This document shows positions 9,502 through 19,043 of a DNA stretch of 64,000 bases, piece after piece. A program made the translations under genes and the position numbers. Under the pieces are notes generated by a model that saw only the letters and a program-made list of their open reading frames with translations, made no database searches and was not told where the DNA came from. The DNA is taken from positions 1-64,000 of the forward strand of contig JBBRLQ010000013.1 of NCBI GenBank assembly GCA_038231275.1, in the 5' to 3' direction. Source of the DNA: Polyangiales bacterium. Lineage in GTDB: Bacteria > Myxococcota_A > Polyangia > Polyangiales > Polyangiaceae. Positions within the stretch are counted from its first letter, which is position 1. Every line of letters starts with the position of its first letter.

Positions 9502-9959
9502 TGAACGCGGGGTGGGCGTTTTAGCCGCGTCGCCACGGTTTTGCGGCCACTAAAAATCGATTCCGGTTCCAAGTTGCAGACCGAGATCCACACCGTGGCC
9601 GAGTCGGTCCATCGAGTCGCGGGGGAAGAGAGGAGGAGCTCGTAGCCAGCACCCGCAAAGAGTCCAAAGCGGACAGAGGTTTCGGTTGGCCGATCGCCCA
9701 CGGGCCGATCGAGAGGACTCCGAACGTGATCAGCGCCCACGCACATCTAGGAATGCGAGGCGATGAGAGTCTCACCATCGCATCTCGGCGAGCAGCGGGT
9801 CAGCGTCCACGAGGCAGTGAACCTGATCGTCGTGCTCGCTCTGGACCTCGGCAAGCGGTGGCGATTGATCCCTGAACGACCGCGGTCGGATTCCTGGCTT
9901 AGGAACCGGCGGGGAGCAGAAGGACGCGGAAACGGCGTAACCCGCGTTTTCCGGGAAAA

Positions 9960-10057
<98 letters not shown>

Positions 10058-10075
10058 GCGTCGAAGTACAGCCGC

Positions 10076-11356
10076 TCAGGGCTTGGGGCGCAAGAGGCCC
10101 ATCGCGGTGCGGAGCTGCGGGTCCTCCGCCGCGCGTTTGCCGAGGTCGGGCTGCGCGAGGAGCTTGTCGAGCGTGTGATCGCCGCTGCCTCCGCCGAACG
10201 CGACCTCGACGTCGGGGGGCAAGCCTTGCCCCCCAAAGGAGCGGCCGCTCGGCGTGGAGAACAAGCTCGTCGTGTACTTGATGGCGTAGCCGTTCGCGAG
10301 CGTGTCGAGCTTCTGCACGCTCCACTTCCCGAACGTCCGTGACCCGACCACCTGCGCGCCGCGACCCTCGGCGAGCGCGGCGGCGAGCAGCTCGGCGCCC
10401 GACGCGGTCTCCTCGTTCACGAGTACGACGAACGGCATGTCGCCGACGATGCGCTCGCCCTTCGCAGAGATCGTCTCGGACGGCTGCCCGCGCCGATCCA
10501 CCTTCACGATCGGCGTCCCGGGTTTCAAGAAGTAGCCGGCGCTGGTGATTGCCTCGTCGAAGAGGCCGCCCGCGTTCATGCGCAGGTCGAGCACCATCGC
10601 GCGCGCGCCGGACAGCGTGCCGAGGACTCCCTTGAGAACGCCCGGGGTCTTCTCGTGAAACGTGTGGATGCGTACGTAGCCGACCGCGTTGGGCAGCATT
10701 CCGCCGCTCGCGACGTCGATGGGGACGATCTCGCGCTTGAGGGACACGCTGAAAACTTTGTCGTCGCGGAGCACCGTGAGCGTGACGGCATCGCCGGTCT
10801 TGCCGCGGATGTCGTGGACGACGTCGCGGATCTCCTTCCCCTTGTAGAGCTTGCCGTCGACGCTGAGGATCTCGTCGCCCGCCTTGAGCTTCTCGCGCTC
10901 GGCGGGAGAGCCGGCGACGGTCCCGAGGACGCCAATGTGGCCCGTGGCCGGATCGAAGTGGATCTTCACGCCGACGCCGATGACCTCACCTTTGATGTCC
11001 GCCTGCATCTCGGCAAGCTCCGACGGGGAGAGGAGCTTGTTCCACTTTTGCTGCTTCGGATCGATGCGCGCCATCATCCCTTCGGCGGCGGCGCGGTAGA
11101 GATCGTCCTCGGTGAGGCCGGCGGAGTAGTAGCTCGCGAGCAGCGTGTCCTTCACGGTCCGGAACGCCTTCTCGCCGTCGGTGAACTTCTCCACCGGGAT
11201 CGGGTCCTCGGGCTCGGCGGCGCCCGGAGCGGACGCGGGGGCCTGGGCCGCTTGAGGCGCGGCGCCCGTGGGCGTCGGCGTCGGGGAAGCGTCAGGGTGA
11301 CCGCACGCGCCGAAGAGAGCGAGGGTCAACGGGAGCGTGAGCGTGGAGACCTTCAT
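10076..11356 (-). CDS. S41A C-terminal processing peptidase (PDZ + peptidase), lipoprotein
   Basis: Lipobox LFGAC, PDZ segment GVGV...GSPAERE.LKAGDEI, DLRMNAGG, TASGAE (Ser) and TFGKWSVQ (Lys). Confidence 0.92.
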   Translation of the reverse strand: MKVSTLTLPLTLALFGACGHPDASPTPTPTGAAPQAAQAPASAPGAAEPEDPIPVEKFTDGEKAFRTVKDTLLASYYSAGLTEDDLYRAAAEGMMARIDPKQQKWNKLLSPSELAEMQADIKGEVIGVGVKIHFDPATGHIGVLGTVAGSPAEREKLKAGDEILSVDGKLYKGKEIRDVVHDIRGKTGDAVTLTVLRDDKVFSVSLKREIVPIDVASGGMLPNAVGYVRIHTFHEKTPGVLKGVLGTLSGARAMVLDLRMNAGGLFDEAITSAGYFLKPGTPIVKVDRRGQPSETISAKGERIVGDMPFVVLVNEETASGAELLAAALAEGRGAQVVGSRTFGKWSVQKLDTLANGYAIKYTTSLFSTPSGRSFGGQGLPPDVEVAFGGGSGDHTLDKLLAQPDLGKRAAEDPQLRTAMGLLRPKP

Positions 11357-11382
11357 GGTGCGTTCTCGGGTGATTTCTTTTG

Positions 11383-11466
11383 AGTGGAGTCGCTCGAGTG
11401 GAGTCTCTTCAATGGAATCTCTTGAGAAGGTTCTCTTCAGTGGAGTCTTTTCAGTGGATTCGTTCG
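11383..11466. repeat. Intergenic imperfect tandem array, 6 x 14 bp (consensus AGTGGAGTCTCTTC)
   Basis: Units: AGTGGAGTCGCTCG, AGTGGAGTCTCTTC, AATGGAATCTCTTG, AGAAGGTTCTCTTC, AGTGGAGTCTTTTC, AGTGGATTCGTTCG. Confidence 0.85.
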
Positions 11467-11477
11467 AACGCTTCCAC

Positions 11478-11882
11478 TCAGTAGATGGACAGGCTCTCCG
11501 CGAGCGGGCGCGCCGTGTCGACGTAGCGTCCGCCAGCCGCGGGCGGCGTCTTGTCCGCGAACGCCGGGAGCAGCGCAGCGACCACCAGCGCGAGCACTGC
11601 GGCGGCGAGGCCCTGGTAGAACGGAATAGGACGCGACATCCAACCGCGCGCGCGCGCCAACGTCGAGGGTCGAAAGCGCTCGGCCACCGCGCCGCGAAGC
11701 CTGGCGCGCACCGCGTCGGAAGGGACCTCGCCGCCGACCCCTCGCGCGACCTGGCGCTTCAGCGCGAGGTACGACCGCAGACACGCTGTGCAGCCGAGGA
11801 GATGATCGTCGATCGCGTCGCGCGCCCCCTCCTCGAGCGTGCCGAAGTGGTAGCTGACGAGATCGACTACGACGCAGTCCAT
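11478..11882 (-). CDS. Zinc-binding anti-sigma factor (ZAS, zf-HC2) with TM helix
   Basis: HLLGCTAC matches HxxxCxxC; one TM segment; overlaps the upstream ECF sigma gene. Confidence 0.85.
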   Translation of the reverse strand: MDCVVVDLVSYHFGTLEEGARDAIDDHLLGCTACLRSYLALKRQVARGVGGEVPSDAVRARLRGAVAERFRPSTLARARGWMSRPIPFYQGLAAAVLALVVAALLPAFADKTPPAAGGRYVDTARPLAESLSIY

Positions 11883-12403
11883 GGCTTCATCTCCTCTCGC
11901 AACGTGGTCACCATCTGGCTCATTCTCGACTTGATCGTGCCGAGCGGCGTCTCGAGCACCTCGGCCATTTCCTCGTAGGTCATGCCGGACGAGCGCAAGT
12001 GGAAGAGCTCGAGCAAGCGCGGTGGCAGGCGCGCGACGGCTCCAGCGAGCGCCGTATCGAGCTCGTGGCCTTCGAGGCGCTCGTCCGCGCGCAGACGCGG
12101 CGCCTCTTCGGGGATCGACGTGATCGCGCGCGCGCCGCGCTCTCGCCCGCGGAGGACGTTGAGCGCGGAGTTTCGCGCGATCCGGTACAGCCACGCCCGG
12201 AATCCCCCGGGCCGCAGCTCGACGTCGCGCGCGTCGAGCGCCTTCATGAACGCTTCGTGAAACACGTCCTCTGCGTCCGCGCGGTTGCGGAGCATCGACA
12301 GCAGGAATCCGTACAGGCGCGACTCATATCGCGCGTAAAGCTCGTCGAACGCGCGCATGTCGCCGCGGCGCACGCGCGCGTAGAGGGCCTCGTCGGGATC
12401 CAT
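11867..12403 (-). CDS. ECF RNA polymerase sigma factor
   Basis: AFDELYARY, DAEDVFHEAF, FRAWLYRIARN and TYEEMAEVLETPLGTIKSR. Confidence 0.95.
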   Translation of the reverse strand: MDPDEALYARVRRGDMRAFDELYARYESRLYGFLLSMLRNRADAEDVFHEAFMKALDARDVELRPGGFRAWLYRIARNSALNVLRGRERGARAITSIPEEAPRLRADERLEGHELDTALAGAVARLPPRLLELFHLRSSGMTYEEMAEVLETPLGTIKSRMSQMVTTLREEMKPWTAS

Positions 12404-12421
12404 CGCTCAGTCCTCGGTAGC

Positions 12422-12448
12422 TTAAACACCGCGGGCCGAGAATGGTTC
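12422..12448 (-). promoter_or_regulatory. ECF-type (sigmaE-like) autoregulatory promoter candidate
   Basis: Minus strand GAACCA-N15-GTTTAA, 18 nt upstream of the sigma start; resembles GAACTT-N15-GTCAAA. Confidence 0.5.
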
Positions 12449-12533
12449 GACGGAAACGAGCCCTTCTTTCCAGCGGAACGTCGCGCACCTGCGCGCGTCG
12501 CGCCGGCGCCGTGCGCCTACACCAGCGTTCGTT

Positions 12534-13166
12534 TCAGGGGAGCGCGCCGGCGTCGAGCTCGACGAGCTCGAAGACGAGGCGGCGGCCAGGCGGCACCGCA
12601 AGTCGGCCGATCATGCGCTCGTGCTCGTGCGGCGGATTCTCGTTGCCGCTGAGTGCCTCGGACTGGCCGAAGGTCGACACGCTGAGCCGACCGGCACCGT
12701 CGTCGGCGACGCGGACGTAGTCTCCGTACCCCGCGTAGTAGCAGACGAGCCCACCCTTCACGCGCGGGGCGTCGTCCAGCTCCGCGGCGTGGTAGGCCAG
12801 GCGGCAGCCAGGCTCGTTCAGACGGCCGATCAGGAGACGCTGCGGCGGCTGGGTGTCGGCCACGAGCTCGAGCGTCGTGTGGAACCGCTCCTGCCCAGTT
12901 TTGGGATCTTTGCGCAGCTCCTGATCGAGGACGTAGAAGCGGACCTTGACGGTGGCGTCGTCGTCAGGGCCCGTCGCCCTGGCGGTTTGGGTGGCGGCTG
13001 CAGTCGCCGAGGTCGGCGGGGCGCGCGCGGCCGACGCGCTGGGAGGGACCTCCACCACGTGCGTGGCGGGCGGCGACGAAGGCCTCGCGCACCCGCTGGC
13101 GAGAGCGAAGACGAGCGCGACGGCGCCGGAGATGCGGCAAGAACGGTGCGTCGCGGGCGTCGCCAC
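12534..13166 (-). CDS. Hypothetical lipoprotein
   Basis: Lipobox LASGC, Pro/Ala/Thr linker and a two-Cys globular C-terminal domain. Confidence 0.6.
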   Translation of the reverse strand: MATPATHRSCRISGAVALVFALASGCARPSSPPATHVVEVPPSASAARAPPTSATAAATQTARATGPDDDATVKVRFYVLDQELRKDPKTGQERFHTTLELVADTQPPQRLLIGRLNEPGCRLAYHAAELDDAPRVKGGLVCYYAGYGDYVRVADDGAGRLSVSTFGQSEALSGNENPPHEHERMIGRLAVPPGRRLVFELVELDAGALP

Positions 13167-13217
13167 ACCGTTGAAACGACCTAGCGCGCGCTCCGATTCC
13201 GCCGCACCTCCCGACGG

Positions 13218-14030
13218 TCACCCCGCGACAGGAAGCGGCGTGACCTCGTCGCCGACGCGAACCTCACCGAGGGTCTCGGGGGCGAGGTTGATCGCGAACC
13301 ACACCGCCTCGTCCCACCTCCGGAACGTGGCGAGCGTGCGCAGCGGCTCCTTGCCGCCGGCGCCGGTCGTGGGATCGATCGTCGTCACCACGCAGCGGTC
13401 GCAGCCCTTCGGAACCCGGAACGTCGCGGCGCCCACCGACACGCGCGGCCACGCGTCCTCGGCGAACGGCTCGTCGCAGGCGACGACGATGTTCGGGCGA
13501 AAGCGGCTCATTCCGAGCTTCTGCCCGGCGCGGCGCTCGAGGTCGGCGAGCGAGCCCGTCGACGCGAGGAGGACCGGAAAGCCGTCCGCGAACGAGACGA
13601 TGTCACCCGGCGCGGCGTGGCTCGGCTTCACCGCGCGCTCGACGTCGTCGGGCATGTACACGAGCGTCGCGGCGCGGCCGAGGATGCGCGTCATCCATTT
13701 GCGCGCGGGCGGGTGCTCGATCGCCTCGACCTCGGTGTGCCAGACCTCGACGCGCCTCCGCGTGCCCGCGTCGATCGCGCGCGGGAGATCGAGCGTCTCG
13801 TCGCCGTATTCGAGGCGGAGGCGCGCGCCCTCGAGTGCCGTCCGAACCAGGCAGAGGCGCGGCTCGTCGCGCTGCGTGATGAAGAGGCCTTCGTCGTCGA
13901 CGACCATCCAGCGCCGATCGCCCGAGAAGCCTCGTCGCTCGACGCGCGCGGCGTCGACCGCGATGCCGGCGCACGCCTTCACCGGGTAGATGTGCAGCGA
14001 TTCGACGCGGATCACTGCGGCTCCGATCAC
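13218..14030 (-). CDS. MOSC domain protein (YcbX/mARC-like molybdoenzyme)
   Basis: LHIYPVKAC, GDRRWMVVD, SFADGFP, RFRPNIVV, EDAW, CDRCVVTTIDP and EPLRTLATFR; GTGA overlap with the upstream stop. Confidence 0.92.
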   Translation of the reverse strand: MIGAAVIRVESLHIYPVKACAGIAVDAARVERRGFSGDRRWMVVDDEGLFITQRDEPRLCLVRTALEGARLRLEYGDETLDLPRAIDAGTRRRVEVWHTEVEAIEHPPARKWMTRILGRAATLVYMPDDVERAVKPSHAAPGDIVSFADGFPVLLASTGSLADLERRAGQKLGMSRFRPNIVVACDEPFAEDAWPRVSVGAATFRVPKGCDRCVVTTIDPTTGAGGKEPLRTLATFRRWDEAVWFAINLAPETLGEVRVGDEVTPLPVAG

Positions 14031-14734
14031 ATCCGCGTGTGCGCGGAGGCAGGCGTAGAACCAGCGGGCGCGCCCGCCGGAGGCGGAGCGAAGGGCGTCG
14101 CGATCTTCGTGTAGCCCTTGGGAACGTCGAAGAGAGATGCGTCGAGCGACTTTTTCTCGACGGTCACCGCTTCGGTGCGGCTGATCTCTTTGCCCGCGGC
14201 GTCGAACTCGACGCTGCGCAGCGGGAAGTTCTTCTTCTCGCGGAGCTCCTTGTTCCACGACGCGCCGCCGCCGTGACGGAGCGCGTCGATGTCGAAGAAG
14301 GCGAGGCCCTCGGCGATGCACACCTCGGTGCGCTTGCCGCTGGGGTCTTTGACCACCCAGTCTTCGCAGTCGAGGCCCGCGATCGTCTCGTGCTTGCCGG
14401 TCTTGTCGACGGCGCTCGTGCGCGGATCGGTGTTGGGGGCGGCCGACGGCGCGGAGAAGTCCATGTCCATGTACGCCTTCTGGGCGTCCATCACGAGCAC
14501 CACCTTGTTCGCCTGCGGATCGAAGAGCGCGCATGCCGCCTGGCCATTGTTCGTCGTGTCGAAGCGGAGCTTCTCGCCCTTGGCCTTGACGACCATGTCT
14601 TGCGGCGGGCCGCCCGCGCGCGTCGTGCGCAGCGTGACCTCGCCCTCGAAGTTGGAGCCGAACCCCTTCTTGCAGCCCGGGAGGACGGCGACGAGGACGG
14701 CGGCGGCGGCGGCGGCGAAGGGAGCGCTCTTCAT
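14027..14734 (-). CDS. DUF4412-like lipoprotein
   Basis: Lipobox LPGC, FEGEV, KTGKHETIAGLDCEDW and LDASLFDVPKGY, typical of DUF4412/GLPGLI-type proteins. Confidence 0.7.
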   Translation of the reverse strand: MKSAPFAAAAAAVLVAVLPGCKKGFGSNFEGEVTLRTTRAGGPPQDMVVKAKGEKLRFDTTNNGQAACALFDPQANKVVLVMDAQKAYMDMDFSAPSAAPNTDPRTSAVDKTGKHETIAGLDCEDWVVKDPSGKRTEVCIAEGLAFFDIDALRHGGGASWNKELREKKNFPLRSVEFDAAGKEISRTEAVTVEKKSLDASLFDVPKGYTKIATPFAPPPAGAPAGSTPASAHTRM

Positions 14735-14745
14735 GGCCGAGCAGT

Positions 14746-16059
14746 CTACTCCAGTCGGAGGCGCAGCACCGTGGGCTCGAAGAGCTTCTCGGGAGGCCAA
14801 ATTTTGCCGTCTTTGTCGAAGCTCCCCCACTGGCTGTCCGCCACGTAGACGAGGTCGTGGCCGACGACGACGCCGAGCGTGGGCTCGTGCATCTCGGCGT
14901 GGTTCCACTCGAGGACGCGCGACAGGGCGACGCGATCGCCCTCGACGGTGAGCTCGACGACGCGGTGTGGCTCGTACGCGTTCTGGATGGCGATGAGCTT
15001 TCCGTGGTGCGCGCGCAGGCCGTCGGTCCCGGCGAGGAGCAAGTCGTCGGGGGCGTCGAGCCAGCGCACGCGCCGTGTCGCGCGATCGACGCGCGCGAGG
15101 CCGCGGGTCCAGTCGGCCACGTAGAGCGCGTCGCCGATCGCGGCGATCCCTTGCGGCGATCGAAAGCCTTTGGGGACGAACGGCCCGAGCGGTCCTTTCC
15201 CTGGAGGCAGCGCGAGGAGATCGCCGGCCGCCGCGTCGCTCACGAGGACGGTCCCGTCGGCGTCGAGGAACAGATCGTTGCAGTTGTGAGGTCCTGGTCC
15301 GGACAGGGGATGGCGCTGGGTCACGCGCCCGGTCCCGAGATCGAGGGCGACCAGTACCGCCTTGCCCTCGTCCTCCTTCGCGTAGCCGCGCATCTCCGGC
15401 ACCGCGGAGGTGCACGCCCACAGGACCTTTCGAGCGGGATCGAGGGCGAGGCCGAGGACCGCGAGGAGGCCGTCCTCGGGGCTCGTGAAATCGAGGGCGA
15501 CCCCGCTCCGAGCGACGCGGACGATCTTGCGGCGATGCACGCTGCTGACGAAGAACGCACCCGTCGCCTCGTCGACCGCGATTCCCTCCGCGACGAAGTC
15601 CTTCTCGGAAAGCCGGAACGCCACGGCGCTCGCGTTCGTTCGCTTCTGGAGCAGCGCGTCGAGCTCGGCCTTCACCTGCGCGAAGTCCGGACGCGCGCGC
15701 AGGCTCGCGAAGTCGTCTTCGGCGGCGATGTCGAAATAGGCCTTTAGCCGGGAGAGCCGCGTCAGCGTGGCCACCGCCTCGTCGGCACGCCCACTCACGG
15801 CGTAGGCCGCGGCGAGAAAATACAGCCCGCGTGGGCGACCCGGCTGAATCCTCACGGCCCGCTCGGCCGACGCCACGAACGCAGGCTTGTCTCCCGCCTT
15901 GTACGCCGCCAGCGCGACGGTGAGCTCGTCGGTCGCGTCTCCAGGCTCGAACGCCGGCGTGATCACCGCGGACGGCGCGGCCGGACCGGGAGAAGGCGCG
16001 GGCGCGCAGGACGCCGCCATCATGACCGCCGCGCATGCGAGACATGTCGCGCGCATCAC
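14746..16059 (-). CDS. Lipoprotein with TPR-like N-terminus and SMP-30/gluconolactonase-type beta-propeller
   Basis: Signal peptide with Cys; AEGIAVD, LGLALD, NDLFLDADG, SPQGIA and GTDGL blade motifs. Confidence 0.7.
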   Translation of the reverse strand: MMRATCLACAAVMMAASCAPAPSPGPAAPSAVITPAFEPGDATDELTVALAAYKAGDKPAFVASAERAVRIQPGRPRGLYFLAAAYAVSGRADEAVATLTRLSRLKAYFDIAAEDDFASLRARPDFAQVKAELDALLQKRTNASAVAFRLSEKDFVAEGIAVDEATGAFFVSSVHRRKIVRVARSGVALDFTSPEDGLLAVLGLALDPARKVLWACTSAVPEMRGYAKEDEGKAVLVALDLGTGRVTQRHPLSGPGPHNCNDLFLDADGTVLVSDAAAGDLLALPPGKGPLGPFVPKGFRSPQGIAAIGDALYVADWTRGLARVDRATRRVRWLDAPDDLLLAGTDGLRAHHGKLIAIQNAYEPHRVVELTVEGDRVALSRVLEWNHAEMHEPTLGVVVGHDLVYVADSQWGSFDKDGKIWPPEKLFEPTVLRLRLE

Positions 16060-16592
16060 TTTCCCGCTTCGCGCTCGACGTAGACGCGAATCTTCGTGAC
16101 GCCGCCGACGCGTGGCAACGGATCGCCCGGGCGCGCGAGGCGGCCACCTTGCCCATGGTACGCAGGGAACGGCTCCTCGGGCGCGAGCAAGCTCGCGAAC
16201 AGCTCACCGCGCCGATTCACGATCAACGCCGGCACCGGATCCTTGTCGCCCGATGGCCGCCGCAAGAGGATCGTAATGTCCTTCTCGCCGGTCGCCGCGA
16301 TCACCGCGCCCTCGCGCGACGCCGCCGCGCCGAGGAGCGTCGTCATCTTCCACGCCCGGTGCTCGTCGTCCTTGAAGTCCGGCGGCACGGTCGCGAGCTT
16401 CGCGGCATCGATCGCCGGCGCCGGCGTGCCGTCGATCTCCACCGAGACCGTGGCCGCGGCGGCGGGCGCAGCGGTGGCGGGCGGCGGCGGCTTCGGCATT
16501 CGCTTTCCGTCGCTCGACTCGCTCGCCTTCGAGCACGACGCGCACGCCAGCGCGAGCGCGACGGTCGCTGCTACGGCCAGGATGGTCCTCAT
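16056..16592 (-). CDS. Hypothetical lipoprotein, possible Moco-binding (sulfite-oxidase-like) fold
   Basis: Lipobox CASC; ATGA-coupled to modC; pattern VEIDG...AWKMTTLLG...RVGGVTKIRV. Confidence 0.6.
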   Translation of the reverse strand: MRTILAVAATVALALACASCSKASESSDGKRMPKPPPPATAAPAAAATVSVEIDGTPAPAIDAAKLATVPPDFKDDEHRAWKMTTLLGAAASREGAVIAATGEKDITILLRRPSGDKDPVPALIVNRRGELFASLLAPEEPFPAYHGQGGRLARPGDPLPRVGGVTKIRVYVEREAGK

Positions 16593-17332
16593 CGTCCCCA
16601 CCTCTCCCCTTCGCGCGTCTCCGCGCTCGGCACGACCTCGTCGCCGTCCTCGCCCAGCACGTCCTTCACGGGGCCCTCTTTCGTCACGCGCCCTCCGTCG
16701 ATCAGTACGGCGCGATCGCCGAGCGCGCGAGCCTCTCCGCGGTGATGCGTGACATGGAGCATGGGCACGCCGAGCTCCGCCACGAACGAGCGGAGATCCC
16801 GCACGAGATCGTTCCGCAGCTCGCGATCCATCGCGCTGAAGGGCTCGTCGAAGAGGACCACTTTGGGGTTCGTCGCGAAGGCCCGAGCGAGCGCGACGCG
16901 CTGCGCCTCCCCGCCCGAGAAGGTTGCGGGGCGACGGTGCTCGAGGTGACCCACGCGCAGCCGCTCGAGCATCTTCTTCGCGCGCGCGGCCCGCTCGTCT
17001 TTGCTCGCACCGCGGTCCATCCCATAGGCGACGTTCGCCGCCGCCGTCATGTGCGGGAAGAGCGCGAGAGACTGGAAGACGAATGCCACGCGGCGGAGGT
17101 GCACCGGGCGATCGAGCTTCTTCTCTGCGTCGAACCACACGTCGTCGCCGAGCGCGATCTTCCCCCGCGACGGGCGTACGAGGCCGGAGATCGCTGCGAG
17201 CGTCGTGCTCTTGCCGGCACCGCTCGGCCCGAAGAGGATCGTGATCCCCGGCGCCGCCTCGAACCGCACGTCGAGGTGGAAGCCGCCTTGCTGCTCCACT
17301 TCGATCTTCACGGTGAGCGCGTCAGTGGGCAT
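16589..17332 (-). CDS. modC: Molybdate ABC transporter ATP-binding subunit (short form, no TOBE domain)
   Basis: GPSGAGKST, FSGGEAQRVALARA, LFDEPFS and HVTH; follows modB. Confidence 0.88.
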   Translation of the reverse strand: MPTDALTVKIEVEQQGGFHLDVRFEAAPGITILFGPSGAGKSTTLAAISGLVRPSRGKIALGDDVWFDAEKKLDRPVHLRRVAFVFQSLALFPHMTAAANVAYGMDRGASKDERAARAKKMLERLRVGHLEHRRPATFSGGEAQRVALARAFATNPKVVLFDEPFSAMDRELRNDLVRDLRSFVAELGVPMLHVTHHRGEARALGDRAVLIDGGRVTKEGPVKDVLGEDGDEVVPSAETREGERWGR

Positions 17333-17984
17333 CGCGCCTCGCGGTAAGGCGATTTACCGTGTAGAGTACACCTATCGCGACGGCCGTGAGGACGAGCACC
17401 ATACCGAGCGCCTCGGTCTCGCGGTGCGCTTGGATCGCGTCGTAGATCGCGAGCGACGCGGTCTGCGTCTCCCCCGGGATGTCGCCTGCGACCATGAGCG
17501 TCACGCCGAAGTCGCCGAGCGAGCGCGCGAACGCGAGCATGAGCGCCGCGACGATCCCGCGCGCGGCAAGCGGCAAGCGGATCGTGAAGAACGCGCGCGT
17601 CGGGCTCGCGCCGAGCGTCCGCGCCGCGCGCACGAGCAGGACGTCGACCCCCTCCAGCGCCGCGCGTCCCGACTTCACCACGATGGGGAGGGCCCCGACC
17701 GTCGCCGCGCAGATCGCCCCCGTCTTGGTGAACACGATCGACGAGCCGGTCAGCTGCTCGAACGCGTGCCCGATCATGCTACGCCGCCCGATCGCGACGA
17801 GGAGGTAGTACCCGAGCACCGTCGGCGGCAGCACCGTGGGCGCGGTCACGAGTGCATCGAGCAGATCCCGCCCCGGCAGCCGCTCCCGCGTGAGCAACGC
17901 CGCCAGCGCGACGCCTAGCACCCCCGCCACGACGATCGCCGCGCACGCGATCTGCAGCGACAGTACGAGCGGCGCCAGGTCCAT
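17322..17984 (-). CDS. modB: Molybdate ABC transporter permease
   Basis: VLPPTVLGYYLL, AARTLGA and FARSLGDFGVTLMVAGDIPGETQT. Confidence 0.93.
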   Translation of the reverse strand: MDLAPLVLSLQIACAAIVVAGVLGVALAALLTRERLPGRDLLDALVTAPTVLPPTVLGYYLLVAIGRRSMIGHAFEQLTGSSIVFTKTGAICAATVGALPIVVKSGRAALEGVDVLLVRAARTLGASPTRAFFTIRLPLAARGIVAALMLAFARSLGDFGVTLMVAGDIPGETQTASLAIYDAIQAHRETEALGMVLVLTAVAIGVLYTVNRLTARRDAH

Positions 17985-18003
17985 CCCGCCGCGAGTCTAC
18001 CCC

Positions 18004-18210
18004 TTATTTCGTCCGCCTCGCGCCAATGGCTGCGAGCAGCTTGTCCACGTCGATCTCGTCTTATTTCCGTCCGACCGCGCGCTTGTTCGTGATCAAATCC
18101 TCGGCGGAGAGGAGCGTCGCCTCGCCAGGTCCGCGCTTCACGGACCGTCACCGCCCCGTAGCGTTCGCGTGACGAAGGTGCGGGGCGAGGTCACACCTGA
18201 AATGGAACAC
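18004..18210 (-). pseudogene. Degraded remnant of a small nucleotidyltransferase-like gene
   Basis: Fragments SISGVT... and LLSAEDLITNKRAVGRK*DEIDVDKL (in-frame TAA at 18061-18063, further TGA upstream) resemble the C-terminal motif DLIxNKRAxGRxxDxxD of MNT/DUF6036-like proteins. Confidence 0.55.
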
Positions 18211-18241
18211 CAAGGCTCATCCTCGTGACGGCGCCACCCGC

Positions 18242-19039
18242 CTATTTCGCGCTCGCCGCCGCCGGTTCGCCCGGGAGCAAGAACCCGTAGCGACGCATCA
18301 CCGCGCGCCCGTCCTCCGAGCCGACGAACGCGACGAAGCGACGTGCACCCTCGCTCACGGCGGCGCCTTTTCCTTTGCACGCGACCAGGGCCTGATCGAT
18401 CCGTTCGTGCGCCTCCGCGGGGATCGTGGAGTAGGCGCCGCCCTCGGTCACAGTGGCGAGCGACAACGCCACGATCGCCACCTCAACGTTCCCCGACTGC
18501 GCGAACTGCAGCGTCTGTTGGACGTTCTCGCCGTACACGACGCGCGGCTGCACCTTGTCCCATACGCCGGCCCGCGTCATCGCGTCCTTCGCGGCGCGTC
18601 CGTACGGCGCATGCTCCGGGTTGGCGATCGCGATCTTCGCCCACTTGGCGTCCGCGAGATCGGCCACCGTCTTCGGCGGATCGATGCCCTTCTTCGACCA
18701 AAGCACGATCCGACCGGTCGCATACAGCGCCTTGCTGTCGGCCGCGCACGCGCCGCTCTTCACCGCGTCGTCGGCGAAGCTGACGTTGGCGGCCGCGAAG
18801 ACTTCGAACGGCGCCCCCTCGGCGATCTGCTTCGCGAGGAGGCCCGTCGATCCGAACGAGAACGTCACGGGTTGCCCGGTCTTCTTCGTGTACGCGTCGC
18901 CGACGTCCTTGAACGCGAACGCCAGATCGGCCGCCGCGGCGACCTTCAGCGGCGCTCCGCCCGCCGGCGGATCCTTCTTGCACGCGAGGGACGGCGCGAC
19001 GCCGAGCGCGAGCACGAAGAGGACGCCGGCGGCTCTCAT
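18242..19039 (-). CDS. modA: Molybdate ABC transporter substrate-binding lipoprotein
   Basis: Lipobox SLAC, VAAAADL, FGSTGLLAKQIAEGAP, IAIANPEHAPYG and GENVQQ. Confidence 0.93.
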   Translation of the reverse strand: MRAAGVLFVLALGVAPSLACKKDPPAGGAPLKVAAAADLAFAFKDVGDAYTKKTGQPVTFSFGSTGLLAKQIAEGAPFEVFAAANVSFADDAVKSGACAADSKALYATGRIVLWSKKGIDPPKTVADLADAKWAKIAIANPEHAPYGRAAKDAMTRAGVWDKVQPRVVYGENVQQTLQFAQSGNVEVAIVALSLATVTEGGAYSTIPAEAHERIDQALVACKGKGAAVSEGARRFVAFVGSEDGRAVMRRYGFLLPGEPAAASAK

Positions 19040-19043
19040 CGCG

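Noticed and set aside
11383..11466. 14-bp array as a CRISPR array
   Set aside because: The units are contiguous with no unique spacers, are too short, and there are no cas genes.
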